DNA from: Candidatus Latescibacterota bacterium
GTDB lineage: Bacteria; Latescibacterota; UBA2968; UBA8231
Assembly: GCA_965217585.1 (NCBI GenBank)
Contig: OZ244561.1
Location: forward strand, 3,648,001 to 3,712,000
Length of the DNA: 64,000 bases
Direction of reading: 5' to 3'
The position numbers and the translations under genes are program-made. Of the stretch, positions 41,908-51,142 are shown one piece after another (the first letter of the stretch is position 1; each line of letters starts with the position of its first letter). The notes beneath the pieces are model-generated. The model worked only from the letters and a program-made list of their open reading frames with translations. It was not told the DNA's origin and ran no database searches.

Positions 41908-43250
41908 TCTACCTCGTCGTCGCGCACGGTGCGCATGTCGAGCAGGAGCCGCTCGCGGGCAATGCGACCGACTATGCCCTGCTGCCTGAGCTGGTGCCCT
42001 AGCTGCTCGACCCGGAGTGCGCTTGGCTGGAGGGCCACGGCCCGGCTGGGGATCTCGGCCAGGGGCAGGGATCCGCTGCCGGCTTGGGCCAGCGATTCGA
42101 CCACTTCGAGGCAGAGGGCGCGGCAGACCGCCTCGGGCAAAAGGGACAACAGTCTCTGAGCACGCTCCTCTAGCGTCTCAACCTTCTCCCGCAGCATCGC
42201 CAGTGCCGGCAGGGCCTGCGTTAGCTTGTCCGGCGGCAGGCGATAGAGCGACAACACTGCTTCGAGCGCAGCGTAGATCAGCTTGTCGCAGCGCAGGGCG
42301 CGCATCAGCGGATTTTGGCGCACTTGCTCCACATAGAGCCGTTGGCCGGCGATGATGCCGGCTTGCGGCCCGCCTAGCACCTTGTCGCCACTGAAGCTGA
42401 CCACGGTCGCCCCGGCCTTGAGGCTAGCGGCGACTACCGGCTCGGGCGGCAGCCCCCACTGCTCCAGATCAACTAAGGCTCCGCTCCCCAAGTCGTGGAC
42501 CAGCGGCACTCCTGCGCGCTGGCTCAGGGCGGCCAAATCCTTTAGGCCCACCTCGGCGGTAAAACCCTGTACCCTGTAATTGCTCGGATGCACCACTAAA
42601 ATGGCACCGGTTTCCGGGCCGATGGCGCGCTTGTAGTCGTGCAAGTGCGTGCGGTTGGTCGTGCCCACCTCGCGCAGCTTGGCCCCACTGGCCGCGATGA
42701 TGTCGGGCAGGCGGAATGAGCCGCCGATTTCGACCTGTTGTCCCCGCGAGACCACCACTTCCCGCCCCCGCGCCAAGGTGTCGAGCAGTAGGAGCACGGC
42801 GGCGGCGTTGTTGTTGACCACGGCGGCAGCTTCCGCGGTGGTCGCCGAGCATATAAGAGCCTCGACGTGAGCGCTGCGCTCGCCGCGTTTGCCCGACTCC
42901 AGGTCGAATTCGAGGTTGCAATAGCCGGTGGCTACCCGCGCGACAGCCTCTTGGGCCGCTCGGGGCAGCGGCGCACGGCCCAATCCGGTGTGCAGCACCA
43001 CACCGGTGGCATTGACGACGCGCCGCAGCCGGGGCGCGGACTCCCGTTCGATGCAGCGGCGCACGGCCCGCTCGATCCGCGCGTCCAGGGCCTCCCGTTC
43101 CTCGTCCACAGTGCCTGACCGCACTTGGCGACGCACGTCCGCAATGCAGCGGCGCACCTGCTCGACGACATAGGCGCGGTCGTATTCTTGCAAGAGATCG
43201 GCGACTTGCTTGAGCATCTGATCTACTGAGGGCAGCCTAGATTCACTCAT
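41868..43250 (-). CDS. selA: L-seryl-tRNA(Sec) selenium transferase
   Basis: VVNATGVVLHTGLGRAP, VVNNNAAAV, SRGQQVEIGGSFR, EVGTTNRT, FSGDKVLGGPQAG, RALRCDK. Confidence 0.97.
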   Translation of the reverse strand: MSESRLPSVDQMLKQVADLLQEYDRAYVVEQVRRCIADVRRQVRSGTVDEEREALDARIERAVRRCIERESAPRLRRVVNATGVVLHTGLGRAPLPRAAQEAVARVATGYCNLEFDLESGKRGERSAHVEALICSATTAEAAAVVNNNAAAVLLLLDTLARGREVVVSRGQQVEIGGSFRLPDIIAASGAKLREVGTTNRTHLHDYKRAIGPETGAILVVHPSNYRVQGFTAEVGLKDLAALSQRAGVPLVHDLGSGALVDLEQWGLPPEPVVAASLKAGATVVSFSGDKVLGGPQAGIIAGQRLYVEQVRQNPLMRALRCDKLIYAALEAVLSLYRLPPDKLTQALPALAMLREKVETLEERAQRLLSLLPEAVCRALCLEVVESLAQAGSGSLPLAEIPSRAVALQPSALRVEQLGHQLRQQGIVGRIARERLLLDMRTVRDDEVEWIARALAHVAAQ

Positions 43251-43365
43251 GGGGCGAAGTATAGGTTTCCCCCCTGTCGCCAGCAAGTAGCCTTTGCGCT
43301 ATAGCCTTAATAACCTTATACTTGCAAACCCCCTTCCCCTGTTGTCCAATTCCAATATTTAGTCT

Positions 43366-45372
43366 ATGTCGCGCCCGGTCTATATCCTGGTGGCGCTGCT
43401 CTTGTGTGCTTTTGCAATTGACGCCGCCGAGCGCAGGAGTCCCATCGTCCATGTGGTCAAACGAGGGGATACTCTGTCTGAGATTGCCGCGCACTACCGA
43501 GTCTCGCAGAAGCAAATCAAGCGCTGGAACAAGCTCCGCAGCAGTAGGATACATGTTGGCCAGAGCCTCAAAGTGGGGTCTCCAGTAAAAAGCGGCGATT
43601 GGTATCGCGTCCGGCGCGGCGACACGCTCTCGAAGATCGCTCGGCAGTTCGCCGTCCCGGTTTATAAGCTCAAGGCGATCAATCATCTCGATCGAGACGT
43701 CATCCACGTCGGACAAAAGCTCCACTTGCAATCGGCCGCGCCCACTCGGAGCGCCTCGGCCGATGACCACGACGAAGAGCCGCGCGAATACACGGTTCGG
43801 CGCGGCGACACGCTCTCGAAAATCGCCCTGCGATTTGACGTGGGCCTGAGTTTTCTACGCCAACTCAACAAGCTCAAAAGCGACCTCATTCGGCCTGGGC
43901 AAAAGCTCCGCCTGCGCGCTTCGCGGTTAGAGGAAGCCGTTCACGTGGTGCAAGAGGGTGAAACCCTGACCGAGATTGCCCGGCGCTACCGAGTCTCGGT
44001 CAGCCAGTTGCAGCGCCTCAACGCCCTGGTCGGCGACCGGATTCTCATCGGGCAAAAGCTCCGTCTCAAAGACGCGGAGAGCACGGTACACATCGTGGAG
44101 CGCGGAGACGCGCTGTGGGAAATTGCCCGCGCGTACGGAGTCAGCCTCTATCGCCTCAAGAAGCTCAACGGCCTCCGGTCAAACCGCATCTACCCAGGCC
44201 AAGAACTCAAGCTCTACCGAGACCGGAAGTCCGAACCGAGTGCCGCGCCCACGGCTGGCCCACGGCTGGCCACGTACGTAGTGCGGTCGGGCGATTACCT
44301 CGCGCAGATTGCCCGACTGCACCAGATGAGCGTGGCTGAAATCACCCGCATCAACAAATTAAAGAGAAACGCCATCATCCACCCGGGCGATCGGCTCAAG
44401 GTGCGCCCGATGCGCTGGGTGGAATTATCTGAGATTGATTGGGACGACCTACAGATCCACCGCGCTGACACGCCCAAAATCGCATCCGACAACGGCCCGT
44501 ACTACTTTTCCCGACCTCGCAATACGCGCCAGCCGAGCAAGACCTATTACGAGCCTCATCCAAGCTCGCCGCGCCAGACGTATCGCCAAGCAATGCGCCT
44601 GTGGCGGGAATTCGAGAGCAAGGTCGGGCGCATGGGACGCTTGAGCTCCCGGTTGGAAGGCTGGCACATCGTCCTCGACCCGGGGCACGGCGGGCTGGAC
44701 CCGGGCGCAGTGGTTCTCACCCGCGACGGCAACGGCAAAAGGCTCTATGTCGTCGAAGACGAGTACGTCTTCGACATCGCGCTACGAGTCTATGTTTTGG
44801 TGCGCTTGCACGGGGGCCATGCCACCATGACCCTACTCAGCCCCAACCACCTAATCCGCCAAAACGAGCCGGCGACCCAGACTTTTGTCAACGAAAAAAA
44901 CGAAGTGTACAACTTGGCCGCTTACAACCAGACCAACAAGCTCAGCGCTTGGCCGCGCAGCAGCAATCTTGCGACTCGCGTGCAGATTGCCCGTCAGACC
45001 TTTGCCAAAGCGCCTCGGGGCCGGCGCATCTTTCTCTCCTTCCACGCCGATATTGCCCCCAAGGCCCCAGAAGCACCGCTGGTTCTATACTACAAAAGCA
45101 GCAGGAGTGGGCGCGTAGATCGCGTCTCGCGCCAATTCGCCCGCTCCTTGCTTCCGGCGTTAGGGGCTGGTGCTCGCGTCCGCGGGCAGGGACTAGGGGT
45201 CTTGCGTAATAACCCCGCTGACGTCAAGGTCCTCATCGAACTGCGCAACATGGCGTACCGGGACCACGTCTGGGCCTTGCGCTTTGAGGACCTGCGCCAC
45301 CGCGATGCCGAAAAAGTGGTACACGGCCTCCTCGACCACGCCGCGCGCGCCTCACTCCGCGCTAGCCACTAA
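43366..45372 (+). CDS. 6xLysM N-acetylmuramoyl-L-alanine amidase (Amidase_3)
   Basis: Six V.RGD(T/A/Y)L..IA LysM repeats, then IVLDPGHGG.DPGA...E...SFHAD...LIELRN. Confidence 0.92.
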   Translation: MSRPVYILVALLLCAFAIDAAERRSPIVHVVKRGDTLSEIAAHYRVSQKQIKRWNKLRSSRIHVGQSLKVGSPVKSGDWYRVRRGDTLSKIARQFAVPVYKLKAINHLDRDVIHVGQKLHLQSAAPTRSASADDHDEEPREYTVRRGDTLSKIALRFDVGLSFLRQLNKLKSDLIRPGQKLRLRASRLEEAVHVVQEGETLTEIARRYRVSVSQLQRLNALVGDRILIGQKLRLKDAESTVHIVERGDALWEIARAYGVSLYRLKKLNGLRSNRIYPGQELKLYRDRKSEPSAAPTAGPRLATYVVRSGDYLAQIARLHQMSVAEITRINKLKRNAIIHPGDRLKVRPMRWVELSEIDWDDLQIHRADTPKIASDNGPYYFSRPRNTRQPSKTYYEPHPSSPRQTYRQAMRLWREFESKVGRMGRLSSRLEGWHIVLDPGHGGLDPGAVVLTRDGNGKRLYVVEDEYVFDIALRVYVLVRLHGGHATMTLLSPNHLIRQNEPATQTFVNEKNEVYNLAAYNQTNKLSAWPRSSNLATRVQIARQTFAKAPRGRRIFLSFHADIAPKAPEAPLVLYYKSSRSGRVDRVSRQFARSLLPALGAGARVRGQGLGVLRNNPADVKVLIELRNMAYRDHVWALRFEDLRHRDAEKVVHGLLDHAARASLRASH

Positions 45373-45376
45373 ACGC

Positions 45377-45413
45377 AAAAAAGCTCCGGAAGGAACACTT
45401 CCGGAGCTTTTTT
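45377..45413. terminator. Bidirectional intrinsic terminator
   Basis: aaaaaagctccggaag-gaaca-cttccggagctttttt. Confidence 0.9.
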
Positions 45414-45434
45414 GTTGTGTTGTGCTGTGTTGTA

Positions 45435-45686
45435 CTAAAAAGGTCGTTCCGCAATCAGCCGTTTAGCAGCCTTGCGCACGACTTCGGGTTCGAGGCCGGC
45501 CAACTCGCACCAAGGGTCGATCCTAGAGCTTTCGACAAAGGCCATCTCCGGGGTGCCATCGGGCGTTTCCACGACCTCATCCATCTTGGATATTTCGCGT
45601 AAAGTACTGAGAATCATAGCGTTAGCAAGGCGTCGATAAGCCATCGCAATGCGTTCCACTTGGGCGATATCCTGATCTGTTCTCAT
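45435..45686 (-). CDS. Small hypothetical protein (83 aa)
   Basis: AGGAAG RBS, own AT-rich upstream region, terminator downstream. Confidence 0.7.
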   Translation of the reverse strand: MRTDQDIAQVERIAMAYRRLANAMILSTLREISKMDEVVETPDGTPEMAFVESSRIDPWCELAGLEPEVVRKAAKRLIAERPF

Positions 45687-45865
45687 AGCACTTCCTGCGG
45701 GGTTAAAGGGTATCTGAGATGCGGTAAATAATGGGTTTAGGGTGCTTCACTTCGTCTAAAGGGTTCCCGTCCTTTCTATACGTAACAAAAAAGTAGTGTT
45801 TGCCGTCTAGCTATCTATATGGTAAGAAATTTTCGCGCAAAATTTTCAAAAAAATAACGTGCGCG

Positions 45866-45903
45866 AAAAAAAAGTAACCGCCGCACTTAGTAGCGCGGCG
45901 GCT
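45866..45903 (-). terminator. Intrinsic terminator after the Gfo/Idh/MocA gene
   Basis: Minus strand gccgccgcgctactaagtgcggcggttac followed by a T-run. Confidence 0.7.
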
Positions 45904-45927
45904 ATACTCCCTGTAACTCTTTTTTTT

Positions 45928-46947
45928 CTATATGGTTAGAAATTCTTCCCGCCGCACGACGCGCCCCTCAGCCGCAGCCCGGTAGAGTCGGTAAATCCAC
46001 TCGATAGTCCCCAAAGCCTCCCGCCCGAGCGAATGAGGAATGCCCGTGCTGGCTATGCCGCGCAAAAAATCGGCCCACTCCAGCTCCCACGAGCGATCCT
46101 CCTCTGGGTAGTCAAAGTGCTCGCTGTCTGGCGCTCCGCCTTGGGGATTGCGCCGCCCCACGACGGCGCGTTCCGGTCCGTAGGCCCCTCCCAAGCCCTC
46201 GGCGCAAGCATAGCCGTCGCGCCCGAAAACCTCGAAGCTGAAGAGGTTTTTCCATTGCGTCCAACTCGCGTGCAGCGAGGCGATCTGCCCGGTGGCTGTG
46301 CGAAAGAGTCCAAAGGCGTTGTCCTCCACGGGCGAGTCCCAGAAGTGGGTCTCGGCATAGCCTGTGACTTCGGCAAAGTCCCCTAAGAGCCACTTGGCCA
46401 AGTCGATTAGATGCGCCCCTTGGTCCAAAAGCTCACCGCCGCCCGCCTTCTCGGGGCTTGTCCTCCACTCGCGGTCGTAGCCGGGCCGCCCACCGTGGCC
46501 ATAGCGCGCCCGGATGCTCAGCAGCGGGCCGATCTCGCCCGCCGTGCAAACCTCGTGCAGCTTTTGGATGGCGGGGTGGTAGCGGTGGTTGTAGCCGACC
46601 TTGAGCAAGCGCCCGCTCCGCTCGGCTGCTGCGACGGCCTGTCGGGATTCCTGAGGGTTGCGCCCCAGCGGCTTTTCGCACAAGACGTGCTTGCCGGCCA
46701 AGAGGGCGGCGGTGCTGATGGGGGCCAATGCGTCGTGCGTCGTCGCGACCACCGCGATATCGAGATCGGCCGCGACTAGCTCCTCCCGCGAAGCCGCCAC
46801 CGCGGCCCCGCATTCGGCGGCCAGTTCGGCTGCGGCGGGCGCGTGCTCGTCGTAGATCAGGGCCACCGCGGACGCGGGATGGGCATGGGCCGTGGCCGCC
46901 CGCCGCCGCCCCATGCGACCCGCTCCGATGATTCCCACCTTGTACAC
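45928..46947 (-). CDS. Gfo/Idh/MocA family oxidoreductase
   Basis: VGIIGAGRMG, GKHVLCEKP, GYNHRYHP, GGGELLDQGAH. Confidence 0.95.
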   Translation of the reverse strand: MYKVGIIGAGRMGRRRAATAHAHPASAVALIYDEHAPAAAELAAECGAAVAASREELVAADLDIAVVATTHDALAPISTAALLAGKHVLCEKPLGRNPQESRQAVAAAERSGRLLKVGYNHRYHPAIQKLHEVCTAGEIGPLLSIRARYGHGGRPGYDREWRTSPEKAGGGELLDQGAHLIDLAKWLLGDFAEVTGYAETHFWDSPVEDNAFGLFRTATGQIASLHASWTQWKNLFSFEVFGRDGYACAEGLGGAYGPERAVVGRRNPQGGAPDSEHFDYPEEDRSWELEWADFLRGIASTGIPHSLGREALGTIEWIYRLYRAAAEGRVVRREEFLTI

Positions 46948-47778
46948 TTAGTCCTCCTGTTGTGGTACGCGCCGCACCGCAAAAGTCTCCGTGGCCCTAA
47001 TCGCCTCTACATCGAGGGTTTCCCACGGATCCCAAACCGCTGACAGCAACCGTCCCGTCAGCCCGTCTGAGCGCGCCGAGGCCAGATAGACTGCCAGTGC
47101 GGCCGCTCGCTCGCCCGTAGCGTCGCCCTCGCGCAGCAGGAGCTGATTCTGCTCCCGTTCCTCTGCGCTCACGGCCGCGCCGGCCGCTAGCCGTTCGTCG
47201 AGCATCCGCGTGTTGACCGCTCCGGGGGCAATGGCGTTGACGTCAATGCTGTGCTCAGCCACTTCTCCGGCCAAGTTTTCGCTAAAGCGCACGACTCCGG
47301 CCTTGGAGGCGCTATACGCGCTAAAGAAGGGCCGCGGTCCCACCGCGCCGCCGCCTGAGAGGTTGATAATCTTGCCGTAGTGCTGGGCGATCATGGCCGG
47401 CAAGACCTTGCGGGTGCAGTAGAAACAGCCGCCGAGATTGACCTGCACCACCTGCATCCAAGCCTCTGGATTGACCTCTTCCACCCGCCCGATAGGCCCC
47501 TGGATTCCCGCGTTGTTGACCAGCACATCGACCCCACCCCAAGCTGCAAGCACGCACTCAATGGCCGCATCTACTTCCTCGCGTCGCCCCACATCCGCCC
47601 GCAATTTCAACGCTGTTTGGCCTTGGTCTGCCAAAAGTGCGGCTGTCTCATCTAGCTCTGATCCGGTGCGGGCCAAAATCGCCACGTGCGCCCCTTCCCG
47701 CGCCAAGGCCAAGGCAATAGCCCGGCCAATGCCTCGTCCCCCGCCGGTCACTAGGCAACGCCTGCCTATCAGCTCCAT
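46948..47778 (-). CDS. SDR family oxidoreductase
   Basis: VTGGGRGIG, NNAG, YSASK. ATG at 47778. Confidence 0.95.
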   Translation of the reverse strand: MELIGRRCLVTGGGRGIGRAIALALAREGAHVAILARTGSELDETAALLADQGQTALKLRADVGRREEVDAAIECVLAAWGGVDVLVNNAGIQGPIGRVEEVNPEAWMQVVQVNLGGCFYCTRKVLPAMIAQHYGKIINLSGGGAVGPRPFFSAYSASKAGVVRFSENLAGEVAEHSIDVNAIAPGAVNTRMLDERLAAGAAVSAEEREQNQLLLREGDATGERAAALAVYLASARSDGLTGRLLSAVWDPWETLDVEAIRATETFAVRRVPQQED

Positions 47779-47909
47779 ATCGCGCTCCTTCGTCGCCCGA
47801 GCAAATATGCGGTGTGGGATCGATCTTGCCAAAGGCCAACAGGCCCGTCGTTGACCTAGCGTACCATTTATCCTAAATTGGTGTGCATACATCTTAGAGA
47901 GCCTATTCG

Positions 47910-49358
47910 ATGTCCCTGCCCAGCACTGCATCCGATCTCAAAGCGCTCTGCCTCCACATCAACGCCCATTGTCCTGCCGGTGGCCTTTTTGAAGGCGACC
48001 GCACTCATCTACACCCGGACAGTAATCTGCCTTGGCGCATTGCCCCAGAGCCGTTCTGGCTCTCGCCGGCACAACACCGCTACCTAGACCAGCTCGGCGG
48101 CGTCCTACATCAGTTTTACAAGGCCTGCAACCAGCTCTATCACCAGAGCGTCAAGGGCGTTGAGCCGTCTTGGATTCACGAGTACTTGGACTTGGGCAAA
48201 CCCAGTGCCGTGCGCGAAATGGGCCTGTGGAATCGCATCAAGTCCCAGTTGCCCTTGGTCATCCGCCCGGACCTCCTGCTCACCGAGGACGGCTTCAAGC
48301 TAGTCGAGCTAGACGCTATCCCCGGCGGCATGGGCTTCACCGCCCAAGTCTCGGAGGTCTATGCTGACCTAGGCTACGACATCATCGGCGGTGCCCGCGG
48401 TCTGATTGACCCATTCTACGAAGCCATTGCCGCTGCCGCCAAGGTAGCCGAACCGCATTTCGCCCTCTTCGTCTCAGACGAGTCCGAGGCCTATCGCCGA
48501 GAAATGGAATGGCTGGTCGAGCGCTTGCAGGCGGCCGGTAAACCGGCCCGCAGTGCCCACCCGCGCGAGGCCCGCTTTGACGAAAATGGCCTCTTCCTCC
48601 AAGGTGCTGACGAGCAGACTCCTTGGCGCATCGACGCGGCCTATCGCTTCTTTGAACTGTTCGACCTCAAAAACATCCCCAAGACCGAGCTTTTTGCCTA
48701 TTTCACCAAGAAAAACGCCTTGTGTTTGACCCCGCCGCCGAAGGCATATCTCGAAGAAAAGCTCTGGCTGGCATTCTACCACCACCCCGCGCTCAAATCC
48801 TATTGGCGTCGCACCTTGGGCAAGGAGCCGTTTGCCGCCTTGGGCAGCCTGATCCCGCGCTCGTGGATTGTCGATGCGCGGCCGTTGCCGCCCCACGCCA
48901 TCATTCCCGGCCTCGACATTGGCGGACAACCCGTCGGCGACTGGCAGCAGTTGAAGCAGCTAACCAAAAAGCAGCGCGAGCTCGTGCTCAAGCCCTCGGG
49001 TTTTTCCAACCTAGCGTATGAGAGCAAGGGCGTGTCCATCGGCCACGACCTGTCCGAAGCCGAGTGGGCCGAGCGCGTGCAAGAGGCCCTCGACCGCTTT
49101 ACACACCAGCCCTATATCTTGCAGGAGTTTCACAAGGCCGCCCGCCGCACCGTGCGCTACTACGACTTTTACCGCGACGAGGTCGTGCCCATGCGGGGCC
49201 GGGTGATGCTGCGTCCTTATTACTACGTCATCGGCGATGTGCCGCGCCTGTGCGGTATCCAAGCCCTAGTTTTCCCGGCCGACAAGAAGATCTTGCACGG
49301 CATGGTTGACGCTGCGATCATGCCCTGCGCCGCGTCCGCGGAAAAATCCTCCTTCTGA
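47910..49358 (+). CDS. Circularly permuted ATP-grasp (glutathionylspermidine synthase-like) ligase
   Basis: IRPDLLLTEDGFKLVELD..PGG.G, EEKLWLA, LVLKPSG...SKGVSIG, YILQEF. Confidence 0.7.
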   Translation: MSLPSTASDLKALCLHINAHCPAGGLFEGDRTHLHPDSNLPWRIAPEPFWLSPAQHRYLDQLGGVLHQFYKACNQLYHQSVKGVEPSWIHEYLDLGKPSAVREMGLWNRIKSQLPLVIRPDLLLTEDGFKLVELDAIPGGMGFTAQVSEVYADLGYDIIGGARGLIDPFYEAIAAAAKVAEPHFALFVSDESEAYRREMEWLVERLQAAGKPARSAHPREARFDENGLFLQGADEQTPWRIDAAYRFFELFDLKNIPKTELFAYFTKKNALCLTPPPKAYLEEKLWLAFYHHPALKSYWRRTLGKEPFAALGSLIPRSWIVDARPLPPHAIIPGLDIGGQPVGDWQQLKQLTKKQRELVLKPSGFSNLAYESKGVSIGHDLSEAEWAERVQEALDRFTHQPYILQEFHKAARRTVRYYDFYRDEVVPMRGRVMLRPYYYVIGDVPRLCGIQALVFPADKKILHGMVDAAIMPCAASAEKSSF

Positions 49359-49363
49359 CCGCC

Positions 49364-50413
49364 ATGCTTTCCCTAGACGAAAAACTAGCTCACCTCGAAG
49401 AAATTCTACGCCCCATGGGACAGGTGCTGGTTGGCTATTCGGGAGGGGTCGATAGCGCCACGCTGGCGGTGGCCGCCCAGCGGGTCTTGGGCGAGGGGGC
49501 CATCTGCGTCACTGCGGACTCTGAAAGCTACGCCACCGGCGAGCTGGAGAAGGCCACCGAGATCACCCGCGAGCTTGGCATTCGCCACGAGGTGGTCAAG
49601 ACCCGCGAGCTGGACAACCCCGACTACGCCAAAAACGCGCCCAACCGCTGCTACTACTGCAAGCAGGAGCTCTTCGTCCACATGGAGCAGCTAGCGCGGA
49701 CCCTCAATGTCGATTACATCCTCTACGGCCAAAACGCCGACGACATCGGCGATTTCCGCCCTGGGGCTTCGGCTGCCCGCGAGCACGGCGTACACGCGCC
49801 CTTAGCCGAAGCGGGCCTGACCAAGGACGACGTGCGCGCTCTAGCGAAGCGTTGGGGGCTGGCGGTGTGGGACCGCCCGGCCATGGCCTGCCTCTCGTCG
49901 CGCTTCCCCTACGGCACGCCAGTCACCGCCGAGGGTCTGCGCCAAATCGACCGCGCCGAGCGCTATCTACACGAGGTCTGCGGCTTTGCCCAGGTCCGCG
50001 CCCGCCACCACGAGACGCTGTCGCGCATCGAGTTGCCCGCTGAGGACTTGGCGCACCTGCTGGGCGACCCGGATACGCGTCGGTCTTTGGTGGAGCACTT
50101 TCGGGAAATTGGCTATTTGCAAACTACCGCCGACCTGTGCGGCTTCCGCTCCGGCAGTATGAACGAGGCTCTGCTCACCATCGCCGATTCGGGTGCCGAC
50201 GAGCCGCTTTTTGCGCGAGTCAATCCGCTGCTCGCAGCGCATTCGCTCCTGCCGGCCGCGTACGAGCAGCGCGACCAGATGCTCGTTTTGCGCCTGCCTG
50301 CAGCAGCCATCGCCCGCCTCGCTACGGTCCCGCTGCGCTCGGCCCTCGCGGCCGCGCTCGCAGACTTGGGCCTGCGCTATATTGCCCTCGAATTAGACCC
50401 CTTGGACACATGA
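49364..50413 (+). CDS. larE: ATP-dependent sulfur transferase LarE with C-terminal extension
   Basis: YSGGVDS PP-loop, NRCYYCK, DFRPG, ACLSSRFPYG, QVRARHH, GFRSGSMN. Confidence 0.9.
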   Translation: MLSLDEKLAHLEEILRPMGQVLVGYSGGVDSATLAVAAQRVLGEGAICVTADSESYATGELEKATEITRELGIRHEVVKTRELDNPDYAKNAPNRCYYCKQELFVHMEQLARTLNVDYILYGQNADDIGDFRPGASAAREHGVHAPLAEAGLTKDDVRALAKRWGLAVWDRPAMACLSSRFPYGTPVTAEGLRQIDRAERYLHEVCGFAQVRARHHETLSRIELPAEDLAHLLGDPDTRRSLVEHFREIGYLQTTADLCGFRSGSMNEALLTIADSGADEPLFARVNPLLAAHSLLPAAYEQRDQMLVLRLPAAAIARLATVPLRSALAAALADLGLRYIALELDPLDT

Positions 50414-50949
50414 AACGCGAAATTGCGCTGTTCGGGGCGCAGTGCCTCCGCCAGCCGTGTGCTCCGGTCGCAGCGGTGGATGACGCCGTCCGCGCACTCG
50501 TCGCCGACCTCTTCGACTCCATGCACGCCGCGTCCGGGGTAGGGCTTGCCGCCCCGCAGGTCGGCGTCCTCAAGCGGGTCTGCGTCGTCGATGTTACCGC
50601 CCATCAGTCCAACTTCCAACCCGTGGCCTTAATCAACCCCAAGATCACGGGCCACGAGGGCGAGCAAATCGGCGAGGAGGGTTGTCTGAGCTTTCCCGAC
50701 CTGTACGGCGATGTCAAGCGCTACGCTTGGGTCGAAGTCGAGGCCACCGGCCTCGATGGCCAGCCCTTCAAAACCGCGGGCGAGGGCTTTTACGCCCGCG
50801 CCCTCCAGCACGAAATCGACCACCTTGACGGCACGCTCTTCATCGACCACCTAAGCCCTCTCAAACGCCAGCTCATGCGCGGCGCGCTCAGGCGGTTAAA
50901 AAAAGAGGGTGCCGCGCATGCCAACGCCGCGGCCATTGACATTACTTAG
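50410..50949 (+). CDS. def: Peptide deformylase
   Basis: GVGLAAPQVG, EGCLS, QHEIDHLDG; ATG at 50410 overlaps the larE stop. Confidence 0.97.
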   Translation: MKREIALFGAQCLRQPCAPVAAVDDAVRALVADLFDSMHAASGVGLAAPQVGVLKRVCVVDVTAHQSNFQPVALINPKITGHEGEQIGEEGCLSFPDLYGDVKRYAWVEVEATGLDGQPFKTAGEGFYARALQHEIDHLDGTLFIDHLSPLKRQLMRGALRRLKKEGAAHANAAAIDIT

Positions 50950-50978
50950 TCTGGCTCTTACCTTTCACTTCAAGCAAT

Positions 50979-51055
50979 GGGGGCGTAGTTCAGTTGGTTA
51001 GAACGTCGGCCTGTCACGCCGAAGGTCGCGAGTTCGAGTCTCGTCGTCCCCGCCA
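50979..51055 (+). tRNA. tRNA-Asp(GTC)
   Basis: GGGGGCG/CGTCCCC acceptor stem, TAGTTCAGTTGGTTAGAAC D-arm, CTGTCAC anticodon loop, GTTCGAG T-loop, encoded CCA; 77 nt. Confidence 0.97.
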
Positions 51056-51062
51056 TTTTGCC

Positions 51063-51105
51063 AGCTCCTTGAGCGCGCTTTGCGCGGTTGAGGAGCTTTT
51101 CTTTT
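51063..51105 (+). terminator. Intrinsic terminator after tRNA-Asp
   Basis: agctccttga...ttgaggagct followed by tttctttt. Confidence 0.7.
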
Positions 51106-51142
51106 GTCAATTCCTACTCCTCACATGCGAGAAAGGTATAAA

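Noticed and set aside
50979-51110. Genomic island integrated at tRNA-Asp
   Set aside because: The tRNA is followed by a terminator and housekeeping fbaB; no integrase or duplicated tRNA 3' end seen.
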